Of a stretch of 64,000 nucleotides of DNA, positions 1 to 12,483 are shown one piece after another. The notes below the pieces were generated by a model. That model worked only from the letters and a program-made list of their open reading frames with translations, was not told where the DNA came from and did not search any database. The translations under genes were made by a program, and so were the position numbers. Location: NCBI GenBank assembly GCA_963718525.1, contig OY970355.1, positions 1,696,001 to 1,760,000 of the forward strand, read 5' to 3'. Position 1 is the first letter of the stretch, and each line of letters starts with the position of its first letter. Source of the DNA: Candidatus Dormiibacterota bacterium (GTDB taxonomy: Bacteria; Chloroflexota; Dormibacteria; Aeolococcales; Aeolococcaceae).

Positions 1-1
1 C

Positions 2-298
2 CCGGTCGATGACCTCAAGGAGGCCCTGAATCTCGAAGTACCCGACGTCGAGGCCGACACCGTCGGTGGCCTGGTCTACGAGGAGCTGGGTGAGATTCCA
101 AAGGTCGGGGCGACCATCCAGCTGGGCTCCGCGACGCTCACGGTGGAGGCGGTCCGCCGCCAGAGCATCCAGACGGTGCGCATCACGAGCCCGGTACCGC
201 TCATCCGCGAGCGTGGGGCACGACCCTCAGACCACGACGGCCAGCAGGAGTCTCACGACACGCAGGAGGAGTCCCCGGCGCACGCTCGCCGCCAGTAG
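2..298 (+). CDS. Hemolysin/CorC-HlyC (CBS transporter-associated) protein, C-terminal part only (5' truncated by window)
   Basis: Frame 2 reads PVDDLKEALNLEVPDVEADTVGGLVYEELGEIPKVGATIQ...LTVEAVRRQSIQTVRI, matching the CorC_HlyC 'DTVGG...G.IP..G' pattern; TAG at 296-298. Confidence 0.75.
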   Translation, partial: PVDDLKEALNLEVPDVEADTVGGLVYEELGEIPKVGATIQLGSATLTVEAVRRQSIQTVRITSPVPLIRERGARPSDHDGQQESHDTQEESPAHARRQ

Positions 299-314
299 TG
301 CGCATGATGCTCGG

Positions 315-1091
315 ATGCCGACCTACAGCGACGAGGGAATCGTGCTGCGCCGCATCGACTACGGCGAGACCGATCGCATCCTCACCGTGCTGACGCTGGA
401 ACACGGCAAGATCGGCGTCATCGCCCGCGGGGTGCGCAAGAGTCAGAGCCGGCTCGCATCACGCACCGATCTCTTCACGCGCAGCCGGATGCAGCTCGCT
501 CGCGGACGCGGCGAGCTTGACGTGCTGACACAGGCGGAGACGGTCGAGGCGACCCCGCTGCGGAGCGACGCGCGTCGCGCGGCGTGCGCATCGCTGTGTG
601 CCGAGTTGACCGACCAAGTCCTGGAGAGCCACCACGCCGACCCGGAGATCTATGCGCTGGTCGCGAGCGCCCTGACGGCGTGCGCCGACCCCGACCGCGA
701 TCCTCGCGCCGCCATCGTGTGGTTCGCGCGCCGGATGGTGGACCGCCTCGGTTACGCACCCCAGCTGCTCGACTGTGCGGGCTGCGAGCGCCGTCTCCCC
801 GAGCAGGCCGCGTGGTTCAGCGCGCCAGGTGGCGGGCTCCTCTGCGTGCGCTGTGCCCCGGGCGATCCCGAGGCCCTGGAGTGCACGGTGCGAGTCATCA
901 AGGTGCTGCGCGCTGCCGCAGAAGGGGACAGGGAGCTCTGGCTGCGGCTGCGGCTCGATGCGCCCACGCTGCAGACGCTCGAGCGGATCGTTGAGTCGGA
1001 GCTGGCCCATCACCTCGATCGCCGCCTGCGTTCGATCGACGTGCTCCGAGCCATCGAGGGACGGGGTGCCGTGAGGCTGCCGGTAGACTGA
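315..1091 (+). CDS. recO: DNA repair protein RecO
   Basis: MPTYSDEGIVLRRIDYGETDRILTVLT...GKIGVIARG N-terminal OB fold; CxxC..CxxC zinc site (CAGC, CVRC); upstream of glycyl-tRNA synthetase. Confidence 0.95.
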   Translation: MPTYSDEGIVLRRIDYGETDRILTVLTLEHGKIGVIARGVRKSQSRLASRTDLFTRSRMQLARGRGELDVLTQAETVEATPLRSDARRAACASLCAELTDQVLESHHADPEIYALVASALTACADPDRDPRAAIVWFARRMVDRLGYAPQLLDCAGCERRLPEQAAWFSAPGGGLLCVRCAPGDPEALECTVRVIKVLRAAAEGDRELWLRLRLDAPTLQTLERIVESELAHHLDRRLRSIDVLRAIEGRGAVRLPVD

Positions 1092-1097
1092 CCCGCC

Positions 1098-2513
1098 ATG
1101 GCCCAGGACCAGACTCAAGAGGACCACACGCAGCCGGACGTCATCGAGAAGCTCGTCTCGCTGTCCAAACAACGTGGGTTTGTCTACCCGTCAAGCGAGA
1201 TCTATGGCGGTCTCAACGCGGTATACGACTTCGGGCCGCTCGGGGTCCGGCTGCGCCGCAACATCCGCGAGCGCTGGTGGCAGTCGATGGTGGATCTCCG
1301 TGACGACGTCGAAGGCATCGAATCGGCGATCCTGATGAACCCGGAGGTGTGGGCCGCAAGCGGTCATGTCGCCGGCTTCACGGACCCGCTCGTGGATTGC
1401 ATGGGCACCTGCAAGAAGCGCTGGCGTGAGGACCATCTCGCCGATGAGCGGCGCGCTCGCGGCAAGCCGCCTGATGCTCCGGGGTGCCCGGAATGCGGCG
1501 GACCGCTCACCCAGGCCCGCCAGTTCAACCTCATGTTCAAGACGTTCATCGGTCCTGTTGAAGACGCGGCTGCGCAGATCTGGCTTCGCCCCGAGACCGC
1601 ACAGGGCATGTTCGTCAACTTTGCCAGCGTGCTCAACTCCACGCGGCGCCGGCTGCCGTTCGGCATCGCCCAGCAGGGCAAGGCGTTTCGCAACGAGATC
1701 TCACCGGGCAACTTCATCTTCCGGCTGCGCGAGTTCGAGCTGATGGAGATGGAGTACTTCTGCAAACCCGGCACCGACCGGGAGTGGCACGAGTACTGGT
1801 GCGCCGAGCGGTTCAGCTGGCACGTTGACACCCTGGGGGTGCGCAAGGCGAACCTTCGTCTGCGCCCCCACGATACCGCCGAGCTCTCGCACTACAGCAC
1901 TGCAACCAGTGACATCGAGTACCGCTATCCATTCGGTTGGGGTGAGCTCGAGGGGGTCGCGGATCGGACGGACTACGACCTGAAGACACACATGGAGCAC
2001 AGCGGCCGCGATCTCTCGTACTTCGATCCCGAGACCAACGAGCGTTTCATCCCCTACGTGATCGAACCTGCGGTGAGCACCGACCGGATCTTCATCACGC
2101 TGCTCGTCGACGCATACGACGAGGAGGAGGTGCGCGGTGAGAAGCGCGTGGTGCTGCACCTGCACCCGGATGTTGCTCCCGTACAGGTCGCTGTCCTGCC
2201 GCTCTCCAAGAAGGCCGAGCTCACCGAGCCCGCGCGGCGCATCGAGCACGACCTGCGCCCACACTTCGCCACCATGTATGACGAGACCCAGGCCATCGGC
2301 CGTCGTTATCGCCGCCAGGATGAGATCGGCACGCCGCTGGCGATCACCTTCGACTTCGACTCACTCAACGATCACGCGGTCACCATTCGTGAACGCGACG
2401 GGATGACGCAGGTGCGCGTGCCCATCGACGGGCTGCGCGACGCGCTCCGCGACCAGCTCGAGGTGGGCCGGGTGCGCGCACGCTCGCGAGCGAACGGCGA
2501 ACCCACCGGGTAG
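1098..2513 (+). CDS. glyQS: Glycine--tRNA ligase (alpha2 type)
   Basis: Motifs EIYGG, LRPETAQG, GKAFRNEI, REFELMEMEYF, PYVIEP, IGRRYRRQDEIGTP. Confidence 0.97.
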   Translation: MAQDQTQEDHTQPDVIEKLVSLSKQRGFVYPSSEIYGGLNAVYDFGPLGVRLRRNIRERWWQSMVDLRDDVEGIESAILMNPEVWAASGHVAGFTDPLVDCMGTCKKRWREDHLADERRARGKPPDAPGCPECGGPLTQARQFNLMFKTFIGPVEDAAAQIWLRPETAQGMFVNFASVLNSTRRRLPFGIAQQGKAFRNEISPGNFIFRLREFELMEMEYFCKPGTDREWHEYWCAERFSWHVDTLGVRKANLRLRPHDTAELSHYSTATSDIEYRYPFGWGELEGVADRTDYDLKTHMEHSGRDLSYFDPETNERFIPYVIEPAVSTDRIFITLLVDAYDEEEVRGEKRVVLHLHPDVAPVQVAVLPLSKKAELTEPARRIEHDLRPHFATMYDETQAIGRRYRRQDEIGTPLAITFDFDSLNDHAVTIRERDGMTQVRVPIDGLRDALRDQLEVGRVRARSRANGEPTG

Positions 2514-2522
2514 CATCCCGGC

Positions 2523-3644
2523 GTGGCGAGTTCTCGGAGCGACACCGATGCGGTGGCCGCCGGTGTGCTCGATCTGCTCGCACTCGGCGATGCGCCCGAT
2601 CTGGACACGGTCCTCCAGCGGATCGTTCGGGCGGCGCGGCGCCAGTCGAACGCCCGATACGGAGCCATCGGTGTCCCCGACGGCCGCGGCGGCTTCGCCC
2701 GTTTTGTCACCTCGGGGATCAGCGAGCGGGTCGCCGCGACCATCGGCGAGCTGCCTCGAACGCACGGCGTGCTCGGCGCGCTACTCGAGGAGGGTCCGAT
2801 CCTGCTGGATGACATCCGCAGCCATCCCCGCTTCTCGTACTACCCGGCGCATCACCCCACGCTCACCGATTTCCTCGGTGTGCCCATCAAGCACCGGGGG
2901 CGAGTGGTCGGCAACCTGTTCGTCAGCGGACACCGGGCGGGTCACTTCACCAAGGCCGACGCGCGCAAGCTCGAAACGCTTGCGGCATATGCGGGTGTTG
3001 CGATCGCCAACGCTGAGCTCTACGCGCGCTCGCAACGGCTCGCGGTCGTTGAGGAACGCAACCGGGTGGCGCGCGAGTTGCACGACGCCGCGACACAGAC
3101 GCTGTTCAGTCTCGTGCTCGCCGCGAGGGCTGCGGCGCTTTCCACCCGCGACGACGAGGCTCGCGAAACCATCCGCGGTTTCGAACAGCGAACCACGTCC
3201 GCGCTCCAGGAGCTGCGCGGACTCGTCCACGCGCTCAGGCCCAAGAGCCTCGAGCGCGACGGACTCGCCGCGACGCTTGCTGACCACGCCGAAGCGTTGC
3301 GTACCAGTGGAGCGCGAGTCGTTGTCGACGCAGATGAAGGTGTGCGCCTTCCGCTGGAGACCGAGCACGCGCTGCTTCGCATCGCCCAGGAGGCGCTCAA
3401 CAATGCATTGCGCCACGCACCCGGCGCATCGGTTCGAGTCACCCTGCGCCCCGGGACAAAGGCGGTGACGCTGCGCATCCATGACGACGGCCCCGGGTTC
3501 GATGAAGGTGCACTGCCGCACACGCGACGCGGCATGGGGCTCGCGACCATGCGCGAACGAGCTCACGAGATCGGTGCGCAGCTCGACATCCGGAGCCATG
3601 GACGCAACGGGACGTCCGTGACCGTCAAGGTCCCGACGGGATGA
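2523..3644 (+). CDS. GAF-domain sensor histidine kinase (HisKA_3)
   Basis: GAF (FLGVPI..RGRVVGNLF), H-box ERNRVARELHD, N-box QEALNNALRH, DDGPGF and GMGL boxes; no TM segment. Confidence 0.9.
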   Translation: MASSRSDTDAVAAGVLDLLALGDAPDLDTVLQRIVRAARRQSNARYGAIGVPDGRGGFARFVTSGISERVAATIGELPRTHGVLGALLEEGPILLDDIRSHPRFSYYPAHHPTLTDFLGVPIKHRGRVVGNLFVSGHRAGHFTKADARKLETLAAYAGVAIANAELYARSQRLAVVEERNRVARELHDAATQTLFSLVLAARAAALSTRDDEARETIRGFEQRTTSALQELRGLVHALRPKSLERDGLAATLADHAEALRTSGARVVVDADEGVRLPLETEHALLRIAQEALNNALRHAPGASVRVTLRPGTKAVTLRIHDDGPGFDEGALPHTRRGMGLATMRERAHEIGAQLDIRSHGRNGTSVTVKVPTG

Positions 3645-3672
3645 GCGCAAACGTCCGTCGAAGAGTCCGTCG

Positions 3673-4308
3673 ATGAGTGCACCCATCCGGCTGGTGATCG
3701 TCGATGACCACTCGGTGGTTCGCGAGGGGCTCCGCGCGTTCCTGCGCCTCCAGGAGGGCATCGAGGTGGTCGGCGAGGCCGCGGGTCCGGACGAAGCGGT
3801 TCGAATCGCCGAGGAGTCGCTGCCCGACGTCGTCCTCCTCGACCTGGTCATGCCGGAGGGCGACGGCATCGGCGCAATCCGCCGCCTCCTCAAGGTCGCC
3901 CCCCGCACCCGCGTGCTCGTGCTCACAAGCTTCGCTGACGACGCGCAGATCTTCGCGGCCATCGCAGCCGGAGCTGCCGGCTACCTGCTCAAGGACGTTG
4001 ATCCCGGAGCGCTCGCCGACGGTATCCGCGACGTCCACGCCGGGCGCCCGGCGCTGCATCCGTCAGTGGCGGCTCGGCTGATGCATCGCAGCAGGACGCC
4101 GGGCGCTGACCGCACGGATCTCACCGCCCGCGAACGTGACGTCCTTCGCCTGGTGGTGGAGGGGCTCGCGAACAAGCAGATCGCGCAACGGCTCGGGATC
4201 GGAGAGAAGACCATCAAGACGCACGTGAGCCGCGTGCTCGCCAAGCTGGGCGTGGCCGACAGAACGCAGGCGGCGGTCCTCGCCATCCGCGAAGGTCTCG
4301 TCGACTGA
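3673..4308 (+). CDS. NarL/LuxR-family response regulator
   Basis: IVDDH...DVVLLDLVMP receiver domain; LTARERDVL...GLANKQIA...TIKTHVS LuxR HTH. Confidence 0.93.
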   Translation: MSAPIRLVIVDDHSVVREGLRAFLRLQEGIEVVGEAAGPDEAVRIAEESLPDVVLLDLVMPEGDGIGAIRRLLKVAPRTRVLVLTSFADDAQIFAAIAAGAAGYLLKDVDPGALADGIRDVHAGRPALHPSVAARLMHRSRTPGADRTDLTARERDVLRLVVEGLANKQIAQRLGIGEKTIKTHVSRVLAKLGVADRTQAAVLAIREGLVD

Positions 4309-4387
4309 CGGGTCCGCCGAATGGCGGATGCGAGGCTGCGGCATCGGGCGGACGCGCCGGGCCGCCGGCGCGCGCAGGATTTAGGCC

Positions 4388-5104
4388 ATGGGAACCCTCT
4401 CCGGAACCACCATCATGATCACCGGCGCCTCCAGAGGCCTTGGGCGCGCCGTCGCCGTGGCGGCCGCTCGAGAAGGCGCCTCGCTCGCAATCTGCGCCCG
4501 GGGCGGCCAGGCACTCGAAACCGTCGCCGAGGAATGCCGCGGGCTCGGCGCGGAGGTGCTGGCCGTGCTCGCCGACATCTCCGACGCGACCGATGTCGAG
4601 CGTTTCGCCGCAACCGCGTTGGAGCGGTTCGGGGGCATCGACATCCTGGTCAATAACGCAGCCGAGCTTGGCCCGTTGCCCTTGCCGCAGCTCACCGATG
4701 CGCCGTCGAGCGCGCTCGAGCACGTGCTCCAAGCCAACGTTCTCGGGCCGCTCCGCCTCACCCAGGCCGTGATCGGCGGGATGCTGCTGCGCAACCGTGG
4801 GCTCGTGCTCAACATCAGCACGGACGCGGCCGTGATCGGCTTTGAGGGGCTCGGGCTGTACAGCGCATCCAAGGCTGCGCTCGACGCGCTGACGCGGAGC
4901 TGGTCGGCGGAGCTGCAACGTACCCAGGTGCGGGTGATCAGCGTCGATCCCGGCGACATGCACACGGCGATGCACATGGCCGCCGATCCCGAGGCGAACC
5001 CGGATGACCTCCTCCGCCCCGAGGATGTCGCCGAGCGGCTGCTCACCCTCCTGGTGGGGCGCCTTCCGGAGGCCGACCGCGTCGAAGCGGCGACGCTCGC
5101 ATGA
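4388..5104 (+). CDS. Short-chain dehydrogenase/reductase
   Basis: TGASRGLG, NNA, YSASK motifs; ATGA overlap with next gene. Confidence 0.9.
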   Translation: MGTLSGTTIMITGASRGLGRAVAVAAAREGASLAICARGGQALETVAEECRGLGAEVLAVLADISDATDVERFAATALERFGGIDILVNNAAELGPLPLPQLTDAPSSALEHVLQANVLGPLRLTQAVIGGMLLRNRGLVLNISTDAAVIGFEGLGLYSASKAALDALTRSWSAELQRTQVRVISVDPGDMHTAMHMAADPEANPDDLLRPEDVAERLLTLLVGRLPEADRVEAATLA

Positions 5105-6111
5105 TCTCGCCGCCACGCGAACTGCGCGCTTCACTGCCCGCCGAGCTGCGCGGCATGCGTCGCGACGGCGCCCGGCTGTGCGTCGTGGAACGGCAATCGG
5201 GCCGCATCAGCCATACGACCGTTGCACACCTCGGCGAATACCTCGCTTCCGGCGACCTGCTCGTCGTCAACTCCAGCCGGACGCTGCCCGCCGCGCTGCG
5301 CGTCGATCGCGACGGTGCCGAGCAGGTGCAGCTCCGACCGGGTGCGCTCCGCGACGGCGAATGGGACGCGCTGGCAGTGCAGGTCGCGCCCCCGCACCAC
5401 AATGTCGCGCTGGTGCCCGGCGAGACGCTCCGTGCGCCGGGCGGTCTGCGGTTCCGCGTCGTCGCGCCGCGCAGTGACGCGCCGCTGCTGTGGCGGATGA
5501 CCGTCGAGAGCGGCGATCCGGTGCGCACTCTGCTCACGTCCGGCGAGCCGATCCGCTACTCGTACGTGCCGAACCCGGTGCCGCTGGAGCACTACCAGAC
5601 CGTCTACGCAGGTGCTCCCGGCTCGGTGGAGACCCCTTCAGCCGGCCGCCATCTGACATGGGAGCTGCTCAGCGAGCTGCGCCGTCAGGGGGTCGACGTG
5701 ACCGACATCGTGCTGCACTGCGGGCTGAGCTCCTTCCAGGACGACGATGTCGACCTGCAGAAGCCGCTCATCGAGGAGCGCTTTGCCGTTCGGGGCGACG
5801 CTGCCGAGTGCATCAACCGAGCGTCACGGGTGATCGCGGTGGGCACGAGCGTCATCCGCACCCTGGAGACGGCGGTGGACGCCAACGGCCAGGTGCAGCC
5901 GGTGAGCGGCTGGACGCAGCTGGTCATCACGCCACGGACGAAGCTGCGCGTCGTCGACGCACTCCTCACCGGGCTGCATGAGCCACCCGCAACGCACCTC
6001 GACATGCTCGGCGCGCTGCTCGACACGAAGTTGCTGGAGCGCGCATATGCCGAGGTCCGCGAGCGCCGCTACCAGTGGCACGAGTTCGGCGACGCCATGC
6101 TGATCCTGTAG
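5101..6111 (+). CDS. QueA-like (SAM:tRNA ribosyltransferase-isomerase family) protein, divergent subfamily
   Basis: GDLLVVNSSRTLPA, YQTVYA..PGSVETPSAG, VIAVGTS, LLTGLHEP, EFGDAMLIL; canonical QueA has N.TKV/TRV, PTAGLHF, TNFHLP, SYGD at these sites. Confidence 0.85.
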   Translation: MISPPRELRASLPAELRGMRRDGARLCVVERQSGRISHTTVAHLGEYLASGDLLVVNSSRTLPAALRVDRDGAEQVQLRPGALRDGEWDALAVQVAPPHHNVALVPGETLRAPGGLRFRVVAPRSDAPLLWRMTVESGDPVRTLLTSGEPIRYSYVPNPVPLEHYQTVYAGAPGSVETPSAGRHLTWELLSELRRQGVDVTDIVLHCGLSSFQDDDVDLQKPLIEERFAVRGDAAECINRASRVIAVGTSVIRTLETAVDANGQVQPVSGWTQLVITPRTKLRVVDALLTGLHEPPATHLDMLGALLDTKLLERAYAEVRERRYQWHEFGDAMLIL

Positions 6112-6183
6112 GCCGCCACCTGGTTCTGACATGATCCCGTCGGCCCCAAACCGGTGGCCGCCAGGTCAACCAGGGAGAGTGCG

Positions 6184-6507
6184 ATGTCTGAGCTATTGAT
6201 CCTCGAGTTCGAGGGATTCGGCGCCAAGGATTACGAGAAGGTCAACGAGATTCTCGGGATCAACGCGGAGACGGGCGAGGGTGATTGGCCCGCGGGGCTG
6301 CACACGCACCTGGCCGGCCCCACGGAGGGCGGCGGATGGATCGTCGTCGAGGTCTGGGAGTCCCAGGAGGACCAGGACGAGTTCATGAAGTCGCGCCTCG
6401 GTCCGGCGCTGGGGCAGGCCGGGGTCACCGGGCCACCCAAGCGCGCGGAGTGGAGCAAGACGCACGCGCACCGCACTCCCAAGAAGCCGTCCAAAAAGGC
6501 CTCGTAA
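6184..6507 (+). CDS. Hypothetical protein, ABM-like dimeric alpha/beta barrel
   Basis: SD-like GGGAGAG then ATG; GLHTHLAGPTEGGGWIVVEVWESQEDQDEF pattern resembles the ABM-like fold. Confidence 0.65.
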   Translation: MSELLILEFEGFGAKDYEKVNEILGINAETGEGDWPAGLHTHLAGPTEGGGWIVVEVWESQEDQDEFMKSRLGPALGQAGVTGPPKRAEWSKTHAHRTPKKPSKKAS

Positions 6508-6634
6508 CCCTCTTCCGACCCGGCTCGCGCCGGGGTTCGTCGCTGCCGTTCGGCGCTGCGGCGGCCCGATGCTACGCTCACGCCCTGCGGGGCGCGTCCG
6601 CGCACGCACCAACCATCACGATGAGGTCTGGCCA

Positions 6635-9409
<2,775 letters not shown>

Positions 9410-9527
9410 AGCCACCCGGCTCGGGGTAGCCTCAGATCGAGGTGGGCAGGGTCGTACACCTCGACACCGGAATGACCTGCGCCCGAGCAGTCTCGCTACT
9501 CTCCACTGACATGGAAGCGATGGGCCA

Positions 9528-9794
9528 ATGACCGAGCATGTGCGGATCCGCAAGGTCGCAACGCGGAGCGGACGCCCGGAAATGCTTGACGATGGTCACG
9601 TGGTCGAAGGCGATGAGTTGACGCCGCCGACACCGGGGATGCCATATGCCGTGCGCCGAACAGTCACCGAGCACACGGACGCGCCCGATGTGTTCGCGAC
9701 CTCGCCGGTTCGTGCCGTGATCACCGATCAACACGGTGGGATTCTGTTGCTCACCGACAACTCGAAGTACGCGATCGAGGTCGTCGGACGCTAG
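9528..9794 (+). CDS. Hypothetical protein (88 aa)
   Basis: Fills the intergenic space with host-like codon usage; no family recognised. Confidence 0.55.
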   Translation: MTEHVRIRKVATRSGRPEMLDDGHVVEGDELTPPTPGMPYAVRRTVTEHTDAPDVFATSPVRAVITDQHGGILLLTDNSKYAIEVVGR

Positions 9795-9858
9795 GTCGCC
9801 CGTAACGGTTCACCGGTGATTCCCACGCGGTATCGCGTTTGGCCTACTCTTCATATTG

Positions 9859-10626
9859 ATGTCCTGGCCGCAGACAGCCATGCCCACAGCCACCACTACC
9901 GCTCAGGGTGCCGAGCCATACCTTCCTGTCGAGGAAGTCGCACAGAGACTCGATCTCCCCCTCGGTATTCTGCTTCGTCGCGTGGAAGCAGGCGATGTCC
10001 CGTCGCGTCGCGAGGAAGGCCCCGATGGCGTCCGCTATCTCGTCCGCCTTGGCGACCTGGGCATCGAGAGTCCGGCGACCCACACGATCACCCCCGAAGT
10101 GCAACCTCCGCCAACGCCGCCGAACGGCGACAACCCTGCGATGGCGGATGACCAGCCTGCGAGTGTCGACGTGGTCGGCACCGCGCAACCTTCGTCGTGG
10201 CCCGACAAGGTGGTCCCGTCTCCCGCCGAAGAGCTCGCCACCGAAGGACAGACGTCACACGCCCGCGCTGGGTCCATGATCGAGGTCACCCCTGCGGACG
10301 AGCCCCGCCGGGACGTGGCGTCGATGACGTCGCTCGATCCCCGCGAGCTCGTGGCCGGGCTGCTGGACCGCTGGGAGCGGACCCTCGAGCAGCGGATCTA
10401 CTCCGAGCAGCGGCAGCGCTTCGAAGCAGAGCTGAACTCGCGCCAGAACCTGGTCAAGCAGCTCCAGCTGGAGCTGCAGACCGCGCGGGCCGAGCACGCG
10501 GCCGCTCAGGCGGAGAAGGATCGTCGCATCGCCGACCGCGACCGGCGGATCAGCGAACTCCAGGCCGGCGCGCCCGATCTACAGGATGTCGCGGGCAGGC
10601 GCCGCCGCTGGTTCTTCACCCGCTAG
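9859..10626 (+). CDS. HTH (MerR/excisionase-like) plus coiled-coil protein
   Basis: YLPVEEVAQRLDL..GILLRRVEAGDVPS wHTH-like N-terminus, Pro-rich linker, heptad region, C-terminal RRRRWFFTR; start uncertain (9856/9859/9880). Confidence 0.65.
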   Translation: MSWPQTAMPTATTTAQGAEPYLPVEEVAQRLDLPLGILLRRVEAGDVPSRREEGPDGVRYLVRLGDLGIESPATHTITPEVQPPPTPPNGDNPAMADDQPASVDVVGTAQPSSWPDKVVPSPAEELATEGQTSHARAGSMIEVTPADEPRRDVASMTSLDPRELVAGLLDRWERTLEQRIYSEQRQRFEAELNSRQNLVKQLQLELQTARAEHAAAQAEKDRRIADRDRRISELQAGAPDLQDVAGRRRRWFFTR

Positions 10627-10647
10627 CGCGGTTAGGGCTGGCGGGCC

Positions 10648-12483
10648 ATGGCTGGGGACGCTGTCGCTGAGGTCAAGTCGCGACTTGATCTCGTCGAGGT
10701 CATTGGCGGGTACGTCACCCTCCATCGCGCCGGGCGCGAGCTGACCGGGCTCTGCCCGTTCCATGCCGAGAAAACCCCGTCGTTCACTGTGAGTCCGGAA
10801 CGTCAGGTCTGGTACTGCCACGGCTGTCACGAGGGCGGTGACCTCTTCAAGTTCATCGAACAGATCGAGCGCATCGATTTCCGCCAAGCCCTCGAGATGC
10901 TTGCCGACCGCGCTGGCGTGGAGCTCGAGAGCGGGCCGAGGTCAGACCGTGGCGCGGGACGGCGGCGGCGGCGGTCCATCGAGCTCAACGCCAAGGCCCA
11001 GGCGTACTACCAGCACGTGCTCTGGGCGACTCCGGCTGGCGAGCCCGGCCGGAACCTGCTTCGCGACCGCGGGGTCGAGGAGGCGCCTGCGCGGCGGTTC
11101 GGGGTCGGCTTCGCACCCGCTGGAGGCGCCGGTGAGGACGCCCTGGCCCGGTATCTCACCGGCAAGGGCGGCGCCACCGTCGAGGAACTGGTCGAGGCCG
11201 GGCTCGTCCATCCGCCGCGAGGCGGCAGGATGCGTGACCGCTTCCGGGACAGGCTCGTCTTCCCCATCCGCGATGAGCGGGGTGACGTGCTCGGGTTCGG
11301 TGCTCGCGCCCTCGGTGATGCCAAGCCGAAGTACCTGAACAGCCCGGACTCCGCCGCGTATCACAAGTCCGCCGCCATCTTCGGCCTCGATCTCGCCCGC
11401 ACCGCGATCGTGCGCGAGCACGCCGCCGTGATCGTCGAGGGGTATTTCGATGTCCTCGCGGCCCACGCCGCCGGCGTCGAGCACACGGTGGCGAGCAGCG
11501 GCACGGCGCTCACCCGGGAGCAGGTGCACAGCCTCGGCCGCATCGCCGAGACCCTTGTGCTCTGCTTCGACGGCGACGACGCCGGCAGGGTCGCAGCGAC
11601 CCGGGCTGTGGACGTCATCGCCGTGGAGGGGATCCAGGCTCGGATCTGCCGCCTTCCGGCCGGCGTAAAAGACCCCGACGAGCTCGTCCACACGGACCCG
11701 GCCGCATTCGCTCGGGCAATCGCCGACGCCCCGCCGGCCTGGCAGGTGCTCCTCGACGCCGCCCTCGGCACGGGCGAGGGTGGCAGTGTCGATGCGCGCC
11801 GCGCTGCAGCGGAACGGGCGGTTTCCGTGCTGGCCAGGATCCCCGAGGCGACCACCCGGGAGCTCTACCTCCAGCAGGCGGCCCGCCGGCTCGATCTCGG
11901 CGCCCGATCGCTGAGCACCGACCTGGCCCACTCCACGCGTGACGGGATCCGCAAGCCCGCGAGGATCGTGGTCGCCGCACCCGCCGACCCGGCGCCTGGC
12001 GCAGAGGAGCCCGAACCCATCGAGGCGGACGAGCCGATGCCGCCTTGGGAGGCGCAGCTGGCGCGGGTGGTGCTGATCAGACCGGAGCTCGCCGCCGCGC
12101 TCAGAACGGAAACCGGCCTGGGCCCCGACGAATTCACCAACCCGACAGCTCGGCGGATCTACGACGCCGCGTCGAGCGAGCCGTCCGAATTCACCCTGCG
12201 GCGTCTCACCGGCGGAGATCAGCGTCGGGCCGCCGGCCTCCTGGTCCGGGAGGTGCCGGAATTCGCGGATGCGGCTGAGCCCCAGGCGATCAAGCAGCTC
12301 ATGGCCGACTGCGTGCGCCTCATCCACGAGGAGAGCGTGCGTCGCGCGCTGGTCAGCATCTCGGCCGAGATGCATCGCGCCCGAGATGAGGGGCGCACCG
12401 AGGACGCGGACGCGCTCGCAGCCAAGCTGAGCCGGCTTGCGGCGGACGCCCCCCACCTGCGCCGTACTGTGGCGGTTCGCTGA
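10648..12483 (+). CDS. dnaG: DNA primase
   Basis: CPFH...CHGC zinc finger, RDRFRDRLVFPI, KYLNSP, VEGYFDV, CFDGDDAG TOPRIM, KDPD. Confidence 0.97.
   Translation: MAGDAVAEVKSRLDLVEVIGGYVTLHRAGRELTGLCPFHAEKTPSFTVSPERQVWYCHGCHEGGDLFKFIEQIERIDFRQALEMLADRAGVELESGPRSDRGAGRRRRRSIELNAKAQAYYQHVLWATPAGEPGRNLLRDRGVEEAPARRFGVGFAPAGGAGEDALARYLTGKGGATVEELVEAGLVHPPRGGRMRDRFRDRLVFPIRDERGDVLGFGARALGDAKPKYLNSPDSAAYHKSAAIFGLDLARTAIVREHAAVIVEGYFDVLAAHAAGVEHTVASSGTALTREQVHSLGRIAETLVLCFDGDDAGRVAATRAVDVIAVEGIQARICRLPAGVKDPDELVHTDPAAFARAIADAPPAWQVLLDAALGTGEGGSVDARRAAAERAVSVLARIPEATTRELYLQQAARRLDLGARSLSTDLAHSTRDGIRKPARIVVAAPADPAPGAEEPEPIEADEPMPPWEAQLARVVLIRPELAAALRTETGLGPDEFTNPTARRIYDAASSEPSEFTLRRLTGGDQRRAAGLLVREVPEFADAAEPQAIKQLMADCVRLIHEESVRRALVSISAEMHRARDEGRTEDADALAAKLSRLAADAPHLRRTVAVR

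Noticed and set aside
4313-4373. Two short GC hairpins between the regulator and the SDR gene
   Set aside because: Consistent with an ordinary terminator or chance pairing; too little support for more.
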